Shown here: positions 18,283 to 33,147 of the stretch, in pieces
Layout: every line of letters starts with the position of its first letter
Numbering within the stretch: the stretch's first letter is position 1
Source of the DNA: Armatimonadota bacterium
GTDB lineage: Bacteria; Armatimonadota; SYMT01
Length of the DNA: 64,000 nucleotides
Reading direction: 5' to 3'
Assembly: GCA_041690135.1 (NCBI GenBank)
Contig: JAWLHY010000002.1
Span: 1,221,167-1,285,166 of the forward strand
Made by a program: the position numbers and the translations under genes
The notes under the pieces: generated by a model
The model's input: the letters and a program-made list of their open reading frames with translations, nothing else
The model's database searches: none
What the model was told of the DNA's origin: nothing

Positions 18283-19401
18283 CTAACCCGAGATCGACAC
18301 CGGCGCTCCGTCGGACCGGGCGGAGCGGAGACAGGCGTCCAGCGCGCGTTGGGTGATCAGGCTGATCCGTCCCCAGGAAGCATCCCGGCGCCCTTCCAGG
18401 ACCAGCCGCGAGAAGTCCGCGAACAGAGCGGATTCTTGCGAGCCGGGCGCGTTGTTGGACGGCTCTTCCACCTGGCGGGCTTCCCGGCCGGCGTGCATAT
18501 CCGCCCGGCAGCCGTCGATCTCAAAGCGGGAGCGTGTCACGGTGTACTCGGTGGCCCCGCCAGCGTAAGGCAGTACGAAGTCGGAGAGCTGCAAAACCCC
18601 CTTCTCACCACTCACCACCGCCCACTGCGCGTGCGCCGCCGTGAACGAGCAGTAGAAGGAAGCGCTCACCCCGCCCGCAAACTCCAGCGTGCCCGAGAAG
18701 GCCAGCGGAACGGGCGGGACCTCTGCGGAAGGCTGGGCTTCGGCGTGGATCCGGCCGGTCGCGGTCAGCGGCTCGACCTCTCCCATCGCCCAGAGGGTGA
18801 AGCGCAGGTTGTACCAGCCGAGATCGCCCAGGCAGCCCAGTGGCTCCAGCTTTCCGTGGGCCCGGATGTTGGTTTGCTCGAAGTCGGTATCCGCCAGGAA
18901 GCTGAACTGGGAGGCGATGTGGCGGATCGGGCCCACCTCCTGGTCCACCACCGCGCGAAGCTGCTGCAGGCGCTTCCCGTGCATGAACATCACGCCGTCC
19001 ATGAACTGCACGCCGTGCCGCTCGCAGGCCGCGAGGATCTCTTCCACATCCCCGGCGTCGCAGCCGATCGGCTTCTCGACCAGGACGTGCTTCCCGGCCT
19101 CGGCCGCGCGGATCACCCACTCCTTGCGCAGGCCGGTCGGCAGCGGGATGTAGACCGCGTCGATGTCCGGTCGTCCCAGCAGCTCTTCGTAGCTCCCCAG
19201 CGCCTCCGGCTTTTCCGGGTGCGGCACCTGCGCCTGGCATTCATCCACAAAGGCCTGGGCCCGTGCCTGGTCGCGGCTGGCCACCGCAACGAGGACCGCG
19301 TTGCCGGCGTCGCGGATCGACTGCCAGTTCTTCCGGGCAATGAAAGCCGCGCCGAGGATACCCCAGCGGCAGGCGGGAAAGGTGGAGGTAGATGGATTCA
19401 T
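18283..19401 (-). CDS. Gfo/Idh/MocA family oxidoreductase
   Basis: WGILGAAFIA, DAVYIPLP, GKHVLVEKP, LGDLGWY. Confidence 0.92.
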   Translation of the reverse strand: MNPSTSTFPACRWGILGAAFIARKNWQSIRDAGNAVLVAVASRDQARAQAFVDECQAQVPHPEKPEALGSYEELLGRPDIDAVYIPLPTGLRKEWVIRAAEAGKHVLVEKPIGCDAGDVEEILAACERHGVQFMDGVMFMHGKRLQQLRAVVDQEVGPIRHIASQFSFLADTDFEQTNIRAHGKLEPLGCLGDLGWYNLRFTLWAMGEVEPLTATGRIHAEAQPSAEVPPVPLAFSGTLEFAGGVSASFYCSFTAAHAQWAVVSGEKGVLQLSDFVLPYAGGATEYTVTRSRFEIDGCRADMHAGREARQVEEPSNNAPGSQESALFADFSRLVLEGRRDASWGRISLITQRALDACLRSARSDGAPVSISG

Positions 19402-19701
19402 AGGGCTTGGGTGTCCTTCGGAAGGGGAAGGGCGGGGGACTGGCTCGATGACCATGATATCCTCCCGGCCGTCCAAGGGCGAAGAGCGATCCGCCGCAGC
19501 CTGCTTCGAACGCGGCGCAGTCAGTCTGCGCCGCGTTTCCTTAAGGGGGTAGCAACTACACTGACATACCGACTATCCTATCCGGTGAGGGCGGCCCACG
19601 AGAATGCTGCTTGGATCTCCGCTTCACGCAGGCCGGGGGTAAGTCAAAAGCAGCGCGGGGGCTGCGGGGTGAGGCGCCTGCGTTACGAAACGGGGTGCTT
19701 G

Positions 19702-21147
19702 TTGAAGCCATTCATCGCAGAAGAGAATCCGGTCGTCGCCGGAAGTGAGGAACTCACCCCGTCGGCGCGGTGGGCACTCGCCAGCCTTTCGCTGTCCATG
19801 CTGATGCCCTCGCTCGCCACCAGTATTGCGAACGCGGGATTGCCGACGCTGGCCCACGCGTTCACCGCCTCCTTTCAGGAGACCCAATGGGTTGTGCTCG
19901 CCTATCTTCTCGCGATCACCACCCTGGTCGTCAGTGTCGGGCGGCTCGGTGACCTGATCGGGCGCGGACGGCTTTTGCTGGCCGGCATCCTTCTGTTCAC
20001 GGTGGCTTCGCTCCTGTGTGGCGTTGCGCCCACCCTCTGGCTGCTAAGTGCGGCCCGGGTGGCACAGGGAGTCGGCGCGGCGATTATGATGGCCCTCACG
20101 GTGGCCTTTGTTGGGGAAACGGTGCCGAAAGCAAAGACCGGCAGCGCCATGGGGCTGCTCGGAACGATGTCGGCGCTCGGCACCACGCTCGGCCCATCGC
20201 TCGGCGGCGTGCTGATCGCCGGGCTCGGCTGGCGGACCATCTTCTTCGTCAATGTGCCGCTGGGCATCCTCAGTTTCCTTCTCGCGCATCGCTACCTGCC
20301 CGCCGATCGCCCGAAGCCGAAGACGGATCGGGCGGGTTTCGACAGTGCGGGAACGTTTTTGCTCGCGCTGACGCTTGCCGCCTATGCGCTCGCCATGACG
20401 ATCGGCCGCGGCCATTTCGGTCCGCTCAACATCGCTCTGCTGTTGGCCGCCGTCTGCGGAGTCGGCTGCTTCGTGCTCATCGAGTCGAGAGTTGCATCGC
20501 CGTTGATTCGGCTGGCGATGTTCCGCGATCCAGTGCTGAGTTCGAGCCTTGCGATGAGCACGCTCGTCTCGACGGTGCTGATGGCCACGCTGGTGGTCGG
20601 ACCGTTCTATCTCTCCCTGGCTCTCGGGCTGAAGACGGCGCTCGTGGGGCTTGCGTTGTCGGTTGGCCCGCTGGTCGCCGCGCTGACCGGCGTGCCCTCC
20701 GGCCGTATCGTGGACCGCCTGGGCGCACCCCGCATGACCCTGGTTGGGCTCGCCGGAATAGCGGGCGGCTGTTTCGTTTTATCCATGCTGCCGATGCGAT
20801 ACGGTCTCGTCGGCTATCTGGCCCCCGTCGTTGTGGTGACCGCCAGCTATGCTCTGTTCCAGGCGGCCAACAACACGGAAATCATGACGGATATTCGCCC
20901 GGACCAGCGGGGGGTAATTTCCGGTCTGCTCAATCTGTCGCGCAATCTCGGACTCATCACGGGGGCATCGGTCATGGGCGCCGTGTTTGCGGTCGCATCG
21001 GCGACGACCGACATCACGACGGCGTCCCCCGAGGCCGCCGCCGCCGGCATGCGGATGACGTTCGCTGTTGCGGCAGTTCTGATCGTGGTCGCGATCGCTA
21101 TCGCCGTTGGGAGCCGTGCTCTCTCGCGGCACCGTGCAGGTGAGTGA
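19702..21147 (+). CDS. MFS transporter, DHA2 (EmrB/QacA-like) efflux family
   Basis: Many TM segments; WVVLAYLL, GRLGDLIGR, LGPSLGG, WRTIFFVNVP; start approximate (TTG). Confidence 0.9.
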   Translation: MKPFIAEENPVVAGSEELTPSARWALASLSLSMLMPSLATSIANAGLPTLAHAFTASFQETQWVVLAYLLAITTLVVSVGRLGDLIGRGRLLLAGILLFTVASLLCGVAPTLWLLSAARVAQGVGAAIMMALTVAFVGETVPKAKTGSAMGLLGTMSALGTTLGPSLGGVLIAGLGWRTIFFVNVPLGILSFLLAHRYLPADRPKPKTDRAGFDSAGTFLLALTLAAYALAMTIGRGHFGPLNIALLLAAVCGVGCFVLIESRVASPLIRLAMFRDPVLSSSLAMSTLVSTVLMATLVVGPFYLSLALGLKTALVGLALSVGPLVAALTGVPSGRIVDRLGAPRMTLVGLAGIAGGCFVLSMLPMRYGLVGYLAPVVVVTASYALFQAANNTEIMTDIRPDQRGVISGLLNLSRNLGLITGASVMGAVFAVASATTDITTASPEAAAAGMRMTFAVAAVLIVVAIAIAVGSRALSRHRAGE

Positions 21148-21237
21148 GCGTAGGCGCGGTCGCCGCTCCGGTTAGAATAAAATGGCTAACACGGCGGTTC
21201 CTCGTTTCCGTCGGTCTCGGGAGGAGAGAGGGTATTT

Positions 21238-22611
21238 ATGTCCGTCTTCCGCATCCTGCTGTGCATCGTCGCGCTGATCCCCCTCCTGCAGTCCTCGATT
21301 CCAGGCGAAGGGGCTTCGGCAGCGCGAAAGCCCAACGTTCTCGTCATTGTCGCCGACGACCTCGGCTACGCCGACGTCGGTTTCCAGGGACTCTCGAAGG
21401 ACGTCAAGACCCCCCACCTCGATTCCCTCGCCGCCGGCGGGGTGCGGTTCACCAACAGCTACGTTTCCGGCTCCCTGTGCAGCCCCACGCGCGCGGCGTT
21501 GCTTACCGGCCGGTACCAGCAGCGGTTCGGGTTCGAATACAACGACGGTCCGCAGGTACGCGATCTGTTCGGCTTACCGGTGGATCAGGTCACGCTCCCG
21601 CAGGTACTCAAAGACGCGGGATACGCCACCGGGATGGCTGGGAAGTGGCACCTGGGCCATGGGTTGGAAAAACACCCGACGCGGCGCGGCTTCGACACGT
21701 TCCTGGGCTTCATTGGCGGAGCCCATGCCTACAACCGGGTCGGCATGGGTCCCAACGCCGTCCAGCACGGCACCGAGCCGGTGGCGCAGGTGGAGTACCT
21801 CACCGACGCCTTCACACGCGAGGCCGTGGAGTTCCTCGACCGCCAGGCCACAGCGCGGAAGCCGTTCTTCTTCTACCTTGCCTACAACGCCGTCCACACG
21901 CCGATGCAGGCGCCGCCCCGGTACCTGGAACGCTTTGCGGACGTTGCTGATCCGAAACGCCGCTCCCTCCTGGCCATGCTCTCGGCGCTCGACGACGGCG
22001 TCGGCCGGGTCGTGGGCAAGCTCCGCGAGCACCGGCTGGAGGAGAACACCCTCATCTTCTTCCTGAGTGATAACGGCGCTCCAACCCAGGGCAACGGCTC
22101 GCTGAACACGCCGCTGCGGGGCGTGAAGAACACGCTCTGGGAGGGCGGCGTGCGCGTCTCGACGCTGGTGCAGTGGAAGGGCACGCTGCCGGCCGGCAAG
22201 GTTTACGAAGATCCGGTGATCCAACTCGACCTCATGCCGACGGTGCTCACCGCGGCCGGCGCGCCGGCGCCGAAGAACGTGAAGCTCGACGGCGTCGATC
22301 TCGTGCCGTTCCTCACCGGCCGCAAGAAGGGCGCCCCACACGACGCACTCTACTGGCGCTACGACGAGCAGTGGGCGATCCGTGGCGGCGACCATAAACT
22401 GGTCCGCGCCGACACGACCCGGCCGCCGATGCTGTTCGACCTCTCGAAGGACCCGGGCGAGTCCACCGACCTCGCGGCCCAGCAGCCGGAAATCGCCCGG
22501 AAGCTTCAGGCCAAATACGACCAGTGGAACCGGTCGCTCCCCGCTCCCCGCTGGCGGGACCTCGCCGAGGCCCGGGCGGGGAACCGCCGCGCCCAGGAAC
22601 ACTCCCCGTAG
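21238..22611 (+). CDS. Sulfatase, secreted
   Basis: PNVLVIVADDLG, CSPTRAALLTG, GKWHLG, SDNG. Confidence 0.95.
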   Translation: MSVFRILLCIVALIPLLQSSIPGEGASAARKPNVLVIVADDLGYADVGFQGLSKDVKTPHLDSLAAGGVRFTNSYVSGSLCSPTRAALLTGRYQQRFGFEYNDGPQVRDLFGLPVDQVTLPQVLKDAGYATGMAGKWHLGHGLEKHPTRRGFDTFLGFIGGAHAYNRVGMGPNAVQHGTEPVAQVEYLTDAFTREAVEFLDRQATARKPFFFYLAYNAVHTPMQAPPRYLERFADVADPKRRSLLAMLSALDDGVGRVVGKLREHRLEENTLIFFLSDNGAPTQGNGSLNTPLRGVKNTLWEGGVRVSTLVQWKGTLPAGKVYEDPVIQLDLMPTVLTAAGAPAPKNVKLDGVDLVPFLTGRKKGAPHDALYWRYDEQWAIRGGDHKLVRADTTRPPMLFDLSKDPGESTDLAAQQPEIARKLQAKYDQWNRSLPAPRWRDLAEARAGNRRAQEHSP

Positions 22612-22797
22612 CTTGATGTCGACCCTCTCTGCCGTTCGTAAAGGTTGCCGCCGTCCAGGAAGAACTGTAAGGCGATCGTAGGACGCAGGGAACGGGTCGC
22701 TCGGGTGCGCAAAACGCGTCGGATTTGGCATCATCCAGGTAAGGGTCGCCCTGGACCACCGGAGCCGCGCCACGGCATGCGCGCAAGGAGGAAGGCT

Positions 22798-23118
22798 ATG
22801 CGCTTCTTACTGAAGGTCAACATCCCCGTGGAAGCCGGGAACGCGGCCGCGAGGGCTGGAAAGCTCGGGGAGACGATCCAGGAGATTCTGTCGGACCTGC
22901 AGCCGGAGGCCGTCTATTTCACGGACGATAACGGCCAGCGTTCGGGCTTCATCTTCTTTGAGATGCAGGACGCTTCCCAGATTCCGTCCATCGCGGAGCC
23001 ATGGATGCTCGCGTTCAATGCGAGTATCGAGCTGCACCCCGTCATGATCCCGGAAGACCTGGCCAAGGCGGGCAGCGCTTTCGAGGCGACAGTCAAGAGG
23101 TTCGCCGGAACGACTTGA
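22798..23118 (+). CDS. Conserved hypothetical protein (small ferredoxin-like fold, GYD/DUF3303-like)
   Basis: AGGAGG RBS; PEAVYF..G.R.G, IPSIAEP, PVM..EDL. Confidence 0.75.
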   Translation: MRFLLKVNIPVEAGNAAARAGKLGETIQEILSDLQPEAVYFTDDNGQRSGFIFFEMQDASQIPSIAEPWMLAFNASIELHPVMIPEDLAKAGSAFEATVKRFAGTT

Positions 23119-23382
23119 GCGCCGACGAACCGCAATGCTGGGGTTCGCGGTTAAGCGAAGCCACGGGGGCGGACTTCCCGTGGCTTCGCTGCTCCTCGAC
23201 GACGTAGGTCTCTATCGCCGGCCAGGCACCCCTCCACCACGGCCGCGGGTACGACCGCAACAGTGGGTTCCCGAGTCGGCGCAGGTTTACGCCCGGGTAC
23301 CCACGGAGTGGGTGTGGGTGCCGACTTTGTGCCTCTTCAGCGTGCGCCTTCTAGTCGCCTACTTACAAGTGCGGCTGTTGTA

Positions 23383-24741
<1,359 letters not shown>

Positions 24742-24996
24742 CTATTCACTTCTATCAAGACTGGTTTCCGCCAAGGTGTGCTACTCGAGGTCCGAAGAGC
24801 TGGCGGCCGTGCTCCCGATGCGGACATGACGGGGTTAGTGTATCGTCTACACTAACCGATTCAGTAACCGGACAGCAGAGACGACGCCACCCCGCAGCGC
24901 CAAGCTCCTCGCGTACATGGATGCAAGGAGAGAGTATTCTAAGAAGTAAGGCCGCCCCGCGGATCCGACGCGAGGCGGGGTAGACGGGGTGAGGCG

Positions 24997-26034
24997 ATGA
25001 GCCTGCAGCAGCTGTTGGGGGTTGAGCTGCCGATCATTCAGGCGCCGATGGCCGGAGTTCAGGACCATGCGCTGGCGGCGGCCGTGTCGAACGCAGGGGG
25101 TCTGGGTTCACTGCCGTGTGCGATGCTCAGCCCGGAGGCCATGCGCCAGGAACTGGCGTCCCTGGCGGCCGAGACGAACCAGCCGTTCAACGTTAATTTC
25201 TTCTGCCACACGCCTCCCCAGCCGGACGCGGCGCGCGAGGCGGCCTGGCGTGCGGTCCTGGCGCCCTACTATGCCGAGGTCGGGGTGGATCCGTCCGCTA
25301 TCCCCGAAGGGCCGGTCCGGGCACCGTTCATCCCGGAAGCCGCCGACGTCCTGGCGGAGTTCCGGCCAGCTGTGGTGAGCTTTCACTTCGGTCTTCCCGC
25401 CCCGGACCTGCTCGCCCGCGTGAAGGCCTGGGACGCGAAGGTTCTGGCCACTGCAACAACGGTGGCGGAGGCGCGATGGTTGGAAGCTCGAGGCGTCGAC
25501 GCAATCATCGCGCAGGGGCTGGAAGCCGGCGGGCACCGGGGGATGTTCCTCTCGGAAGACCTGACAACGCAGGTCGGCACCCTTGCCCTGGTACCGCAGA
25601 TCGTGCGAGCGGTGAAGGTGCCGGTCATCGCCGCGGGAGGGATTGCAGACGCACGCGGCGTAGCGGCCGCGCTGGCGCTGGGTGCTGCGGGGGTGCAGGT
25701 CGGTACCGCGTACCTGCTCTGTCCGGAAGCCGCCACCACCCCCATTCACCGCGCGGCACTGAAGAGTAATGGCGCGTGCCACACCGCCGTGACGAACGTG
25801 TTCTCGGGACGACCGGCACGCGGAATCGTTAACCGCATTATCCGTGAATTGGGGCCGACCAGCCCCGATGTACCGCCGTTCCCGCTCGCCACGGCTGCGT
25901 TGGCTCCCCTGCGGGCGAAGGCGGAGAGCCAGGGGAGTGGGAACTTCTCACCCCTCTGGTCCGGTCAGAACGCCTGCGGGTGCCGGGAGATTCCCGCGTC
26001 CACGCTCACCCGTGAACTGGCCGCAGGTCTGTGA
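24997..26034 (+). CDS. Nitronate monooxygenase family protein
   Basis: PIIQAPMAG, VSFHFGLP, QGLEAGGHRG, VIAAGGI, LWSGQ. Confidence 0.93.
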   Translation: MSLQQLLGVELPIIQAPMAGVQDHALAAAVSNAGGLGSLPCAMLSPEAMRQELASLAAETNQPFNVNFFCHTPPQPDAAREAAWRAVLAPYYAEVGVDPSAIPEGPVRAPFIPEAADVLAEFRPAVVSFHFGLPAPDLLARVKAWDAKVLATATTVAEARWLEARGVDAIIAQGLEAGGHRGMFLSEDLTTQVGTLALVPQIVRAVKVPVIAAGGIADARGVAAALALGAAGVQVGTAYLLCPEAATTPIHRAALKSNGACHTAVTNVFSGRPARGIVNRIIRELGPTSPDVPPFPLATAALAPLRAKAESQGSGNFSPLWSGQNACGCREIPASTLTRELAAGL

Positions 26035-26236
26035 CCCAGGTTGTGCGGTTCCGATTGTCGGCCCTGTGGCTCCCGTGATGCGGGTCGCCTATTGAAGGCG
26101 ATAATGCGGCAGCGTCCGCCGACATTGTCCGGACGGAGCCTGGGCCGCGTAACGCCGGTGATAAGAACGGCCGGTGCCATGCATCGCCTCGCATGGAGGG
26201 CACCGGTCGCTTGCGGCTCTGCGCTGGCAGAAAGGG

Positions 26237-27268
26237 CTATGTAGCCTGGAACAGCGTCGCGGTAACGCGGCAGGCGCCGCACCAGAAACCGTAGTCCACG
26301 CCGCCGTACTCCGCCACGGGAAAGTGCCACGCATCGAAGCCGAGTTGCACCACGAAGGTCATGCGACCACCACAGCCGAGGCAATCCGGGTGGGCCGGCT
26401 GCTGGAGCCACAGCGGCTCACCTCCCAATGCCGGCCGGAAGAACGACCCGTCGGATAGGGCATCCGGCGCGTGCCAGAGAATCCCCGAGGGCGGGCTCCC
26501 GGGCTCGGGCGAGCGGTCCTCGTCCCGATCGGCCGAAGGTCGGTTCAGGCATCCGACCCGCCCCTCGACTCGCACAAACAGCGGCTCGTGCATCACACAG
26601 TGAAGGCAACGATAGAAGGGGAGTCCGTCGCGAGGCGCGTCCGGTGGACCTGCGTCGCGCTCCAGGCGAATGAGGACGCCCAGCCCACGCCGGCAGTTGG
26701 GGCAGGCCGGGCCGCGCTCCCGAGGCAGCAGTTCGGTTCGGGCGTATTGGCGACCCACGTACGCGCCGTAGTTGGGCTCCGGGAACGGGGAAAGTGGGCG
26801 CCCTGCCGCGGCCCGGAGCTCGTCCGATGGCGCGGGCGAGTACCCGAGCCGGCGCAAGGTGTGGACGATCCGGGTTTCCAGCTCACTCCAGCGGCCATCC
26901 CTTGCGAGCCCTGGATCGTCCGTGAGGTGCTTCAGGAGTTCGGGATCTTGCTGGATTGCAACGATCAGGGGCAGCGCCTCTTTCAGTTCGTACGACTCGC
27001 AGAAGGCCATGGCCCGGTCGCGGACGGTACCGGCCGGGTCCGTTGCCAGCAGCTCCATTACGCGTCGCCGCAGGGGTTCGGAAGGGCGCCTGCGCAAGTT
27101 GATGAGTGCCTGAATGCCCACGCAGCGAACTTCCGGACGTGGGTCATCTAGGAAGCCGCCCAGAACCACGGAGGGGTCGCCGGGACACGAGCGGACGCGT
27201 TGGCTCCATTCGCGCCAATTTTCGCGTGGGTGCCAGTCCCAGAACTCGGGTTGCAGGAAGTCCGTCAC
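26237..27268 (-). CDS. HEAT-repeat plus Cys-rich (DUF1963/YwqG-like) hypothetical protein
   Basis: LDDPRPEVR and LATDPAGTVR HEAT-like units; CxxC pairs; LGGEPLWLQ..C..C..MTFVVQL. Confidence 0.65.
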   Translation of the reverse strand: MTDFLQPEFWDWHPRENWREWSQRVRSCPGDPSVVLGGFLDDPRPEVRCVGIQALINLRRRPSEPLRRRVMELLATDPAGTVRDRAMAFCESYELKEALPLIVAIQQDPELLKHLTDDPGLARDGRWSELETRIVHTLRRLGYSPAPSDELRAAAGRPLSPFPEPNYGAYVGRQYARTELLPRERGPACPNCRRGLGVLIRLERDAGPPDAPRDGLPFYRCLHCVMHEPLFVRVEGRVGCLNRPSADRDEDRSPEPGSPPSGILWHAPDALSDGSFFRPALGGEPLWLQQPAHPDCLGCGGRMTFVVQLGFDAWHFPVAEYGGVDYGFWCGACRVTATLFQAT

Positions 27269-27361
27269 TACCGGTCTCCTAATCTCGGGACGGAAAGGAA
27301 GGTTATTCGCGCTTGGTCCGGTAGATGTGGATCCGGGGAGCGGTGTTCGGGCGGTGTCCCG

Positions 27362-28048
27362 TCAGGCTTGGCGAGCGACCATCTCCCGGATCCAGATCGG
27401 GGCGAAGGGCGAGGTGCAGCCCTTGGAGCACGGATAGTCGCGGTAGAGACCCAGCCTCTCGCCGATAGCGAGGGCCCGCTCGCGATGCTCCGCGAAGTGG
27501 ATGCCGATCTCCGCGAGGCAGAAGTTCATCGTCCACTGGGCGGGGGCGGGCGCGCTGGGCATCTCGCGCTCGATGCGATCCAGCAGGCCGCCCAGGTCCA
27601 GCCCTTCCGGAGCTTTGACGATGCGCTCGGCGGTGAGGCTCCAGCCTGCCCGCGCCACCCAGGGGTGCGCGGAGTCCATCCAGCGCTCCCGCACCGCTTC
27701 TTTGCCCGGGTGCTGCTTGACGACGTAGCTGGTGAGCCAGTCCGCGAGCTGCGGGTAGGTCACTGCCGAGGTCATCCGCTCCAGCTCTTCCTCGGTTAGC
27801 TGCTTCGGCTTCATGATCAGGGTCGCGAGAAGCATCGCGTCGACGTTCCCCGTCGCCCACAGTTCCAGTCCCAGCTCGTGGTTGGCCTTGATCGACTTGG
27901 CCAGCGTGCGAATGTCGCCCATCTTGACCCCGAACTGGTTCTCCGGGGCGCCGTTCCGCGTGTTCATCTCGCGAACCTTGGCGTGGCCGCAGGCTTCCAG
28001 GGCCTTCAGGACTTCCGCCACCGTCTGCGGAGGCTGCGAACTGCTCAT
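27362..28048 (-). CDS. DNA alkylation repair protein (AlkD-like family)
   Basis: FGVKMGDIR, NHELGLELWATG, QWTMN, KGCTSPFAP.WI. Confidence 0.88.
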   Translation of the reverse strand: MSSSQPPQTVAEVLKALEACGHAKVREMNTRNGAPENQFGVKMGDIRTLAKSIKANHELGLELWATGNVDAMLLATLIMKPKQLTEEELERMTSAVTYPQLADWLTSYVVKQHPGKEAVRERWMDSAHPWVARAGWSLTAERIVKAPEGLDLGGLLDRIEREMPSAPAPAQWTMNFCLAEIGIHFAEHRERALAIGERLGLYRDYPCSKGCTSPFAPIWIREMVARQA

Positions 28049-28380
28049 GCCGGATCTCCTTGCTCTGTTGAGGGGCTCAAGGCGCCGGGCCGTGCTGGTC
28101 GGACCTCGAGTTGTAGCGTCACCGGATCTCCCGGTCCGAGACCGAGCGCATTGCGGACGCCGTCCTTCAACGGCACCACGTAGCTCCCCGCTTTCGGGAA
28201 CAGGGAAGTCTTCCACTCGGTCGTACCGATCCGCGCCGTAACCGGGATCATGCCCCAGCCGTAGGTCACCATTCCGGACACCGCTTTCAACTCGCGACCC
28301 ACTTCCTCGGGGACCGTCACGAAATGGTAAGGAGAGGGCCCACGCCAGTGCCAGACTTCGGCGGTGAAAGTAAAGGTCAT
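28045..28380 (-). CDS. DUF1905 domain protein
   Basis: W.WRGPSPYHFV, GWGMIPV, WKTSLFPK..YVVPLK. Confidence 0.85.
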   Translation of the reverse strand: MTFTFTAEVWHWRGPSPYHFVTVPEEVGRELKAVSGMVTYGWGMIPVTARIGTTEWKTSLFPKAGSYVVPLKDGVRNALGLGPGDPVTLQLEVRPARPGALSPSTEQGDPA

Positions 28381-29080
28381 GGTGGCGGCTGGAAGGCTGT
28401 CCGGATCTCTTACTGCTGGCGCTCCAATGGGGGTTGCAATCGGCGATTTTAACAGCCCTCGCCAATCCACCCGTTGGTTCTTCCCTCCGCAACCTCCGTC
28501 CTCCTGGCTTGATCGAGGGCTCACTCCCGGCGACCGCCCCAATTCCGCCCTTTGGTCGGGATTGAGGCCGGAATGCTCGTCCACTGGTTGAGAAGCCCCC
28601 TGCTTGGAAGGATGCCGCCAAGGGCATATACAGACCTTGGGCACCCTGAACCAGCCGCAGCTGCGTAGGGAAGAATATCGGAGCTGAACTCTGGCCGCTC
28701 GCCAAGCGCCTGTATCTCGACACAGGTCCACGAGGCTTGCCGGAGTGATCCTTATGGGCCTCCCTCCGGGAAACCGCACCCGTTCCGTGGATTGCACTTG
28801 CCGCATACAAGAATCCTCTCGGTGCCTTCCTCTCGCGCGTGTTCCATGTTGGTGATCCAAAGATGCGGAGAGAACGGCACCCGCTGGTGTCAAGGCGGTG
28901 CGAACTGTCAATCGCACCGGGAAGTGTGGGTGATGTCCCGCATGCGTTCCGCGCCCCGTATAACGGGAGTAGGTGCTGGATCGCCACCAACTCGATGAGG
29001 AGACTCTCCGGGCCTTATCCGGCGGTGCTTTCCGGCCGGAGAATTCTTTCCAGGAGATAGGCACAACCCTGCCGGTGCGG

Positions 29081-29114
29081 TATAATCCCATTGAAGATAA
29101 TGAAACTCGTTCTC
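29081..29114 (+). promoter_or_regulatory. -10 box and Fur-like box upstream of the regulator
   Basis: TATAAT at 29081-29086; GATAATGAAACTCGTTCTC at 29096-29114 matches the Fur consensus at 15/19. Confidence 0.7.
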
Positions 29115-29128
29115 ATTTTGGATATCTC

Positions 29129-29500
29129 ATGATCCGGCAGACGAAACAGCGGCAGGCAATCCTGGAGGTCGTCGAGAGATCCCACGACCATCCCACGGCG
29201 GCGCAGGTCTACGAGCGGGTGCAGCAGGTGCTGCCCGGCGTGGGCTACGCCACCGTTTACCGCAACCTGGCCGCGCTGGCGGAGGAGGGGATGATCCAGG
29301 AGATCCGGGTGGGCGAAGTTACCCAGTACGACCGGCGCTCCGACCGGCACGACCACGCCGTATGCGGCCGGTGCGGCAAGCTGGTGGACGTGATGGTGCC
29401 CCTGCCGTCCGAGGTCGTCCAGGCCGTGTTGGAACAAAGCGGATTCCAGGTGGCGGGCCACCACACGGAAGTCTTCGGCCTGTGCGCCGACTGTCGATAG
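29129..29500 (+). CDS. fur: Fur family regulator (PerR/FurA-like)
   Basis: RQTKQRQAIL, HPTA, ATVYRNL, HDHAVCGRCG, CADC; adjacent to katG. Confidence 0.9.
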   Translation: MIRQTKQRQAILEVVERSHDHPTAAQVYERVQQVLPGVGYATVYRNLAALAEEGMIQEIRVGEVTQYDRRSDRHDHAVCGRCGKLVDVMVPLPSEVVQAVLEQSGFQVAGHHTEVFGLCADCR

Positions 29501-29514
29501 CTTCTCTTTTTTAG

Positions 29515-32076
<2,562 letters not shown>

Positions 32077-32333
32077 TCGTCCGCCGGAGGCTCGGGCCGA
32101 TTTAACCGCCAAGAACGCAAAGAGCGCAAAGTGCGCCAAGAACGCAAAGGGAACAAAGAAGAATAGCCCGACTCTTGTCGGCAGAATAAGTAAAAAAGGC
32201 GGTTAGTCCAAAGGGTGGGGTGCATACCCCGCCCTTTTTTCGCATGGTCGCGGTAACCCTCTCCTGACCAGCCAAAGCCACCGGTTACACACACCTTCCC
32301 TTCCGCGCCTTTCCGCGTTTTCCGCGGTGGAGA

Positions 32334-32831
32334 TCAGTTATCCGACGTCTCCTCGCCCAGTAGATGCCGGGCCGAGTAGATCTGCCCGGTGTGGTAGGCC
32401 AGGTGGAACACGGCGTACTCCAGGTACTCGGCGTAGGTGAAACCAGTAGGGCAGCCCGGGATGCGCGTGGCCGGGTCCGGGTTCTGAGCCCGGAAGTGCG
32501 TCAGCGTCTCCTCATGGACCCGCAACAGCTCCTGGCAGACCTGCTCCGCCGTCATGGCCAGGTGCTCCTCCGAGGGCGTGGTTTCCAGGTTCGTTGAGTA
32601 GTAGCGGAACCGCGTGTCGATCAACGGGCTGCTCACCCGGCACCGTGCGGGGTCGGGGCCGTCGCCCGCCAGGCGGGTGGCCTCCCAGAAGGCGTGATGG
32701 CCCGCCAGTTCCCCCGCGGAAAGCAGTCCGGGTGCCGGCCGTTTCCAGACGTGTTCGTCCGCCAAACCTTCGAAGGCGATCTTCAGCTCGTAGTAACCCA
32801 GCTCCAGTAGTTTCAGGCAGGCTTCAACCAT
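32334..32831 (-). CDS. DinB family protein
   Basis: SAGELAGH, H.AYHTGQI. Confidence 0.85.
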   Translation of the reverse strand: MVEACLKLLELGYYELKIAFEGLADEHVWKRPAPGLLSAGELAGHHAFWEATRLAGDGPDPARCRVSSPLIDTRFRYYSTNLETTPSEEHLAMTAEQVCQELLRVHEETLTHFRAQNPDPATRIPGCPTGFTYAEYLEYAVFHLAYHTGQIYSARHLLGEETSDN

Positions 32832-33147
32832 TTCACGCTTCTCCGGAATCCCTTGTCACTTTCGGAATACGGGGTGACGTTCCCTACGGTCGGGATGCCA
32901 ATCCTCCCGGCACCACATACGCGATGGGTAGAGAGGTAACTGCACAGGTCTGATCCCGGCGCGCGCTGCTGTTAGCCCCGGGGCATGCTTGGAGCATCGC
33001 CGTCGATTGAGTCTCATCGCCGTAACAACACCAACTGTCCGCGACGGCGCCAGCCCGAGGGTCCGGGGATGGGGTCGGAATGGGTGAGGGCGGAATACAG
33101 AGCGGCCCCTCACGCGGTGTTGCGCACCCTGGGGGAGTTGAGCATGT

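Noticed and set aside
18208-19700. 5' half of the 979-aa ORF
   Set aside because: Antisense shadow of the Gfo/Idh/MocA gene; the real MFS gene starts near 19702.
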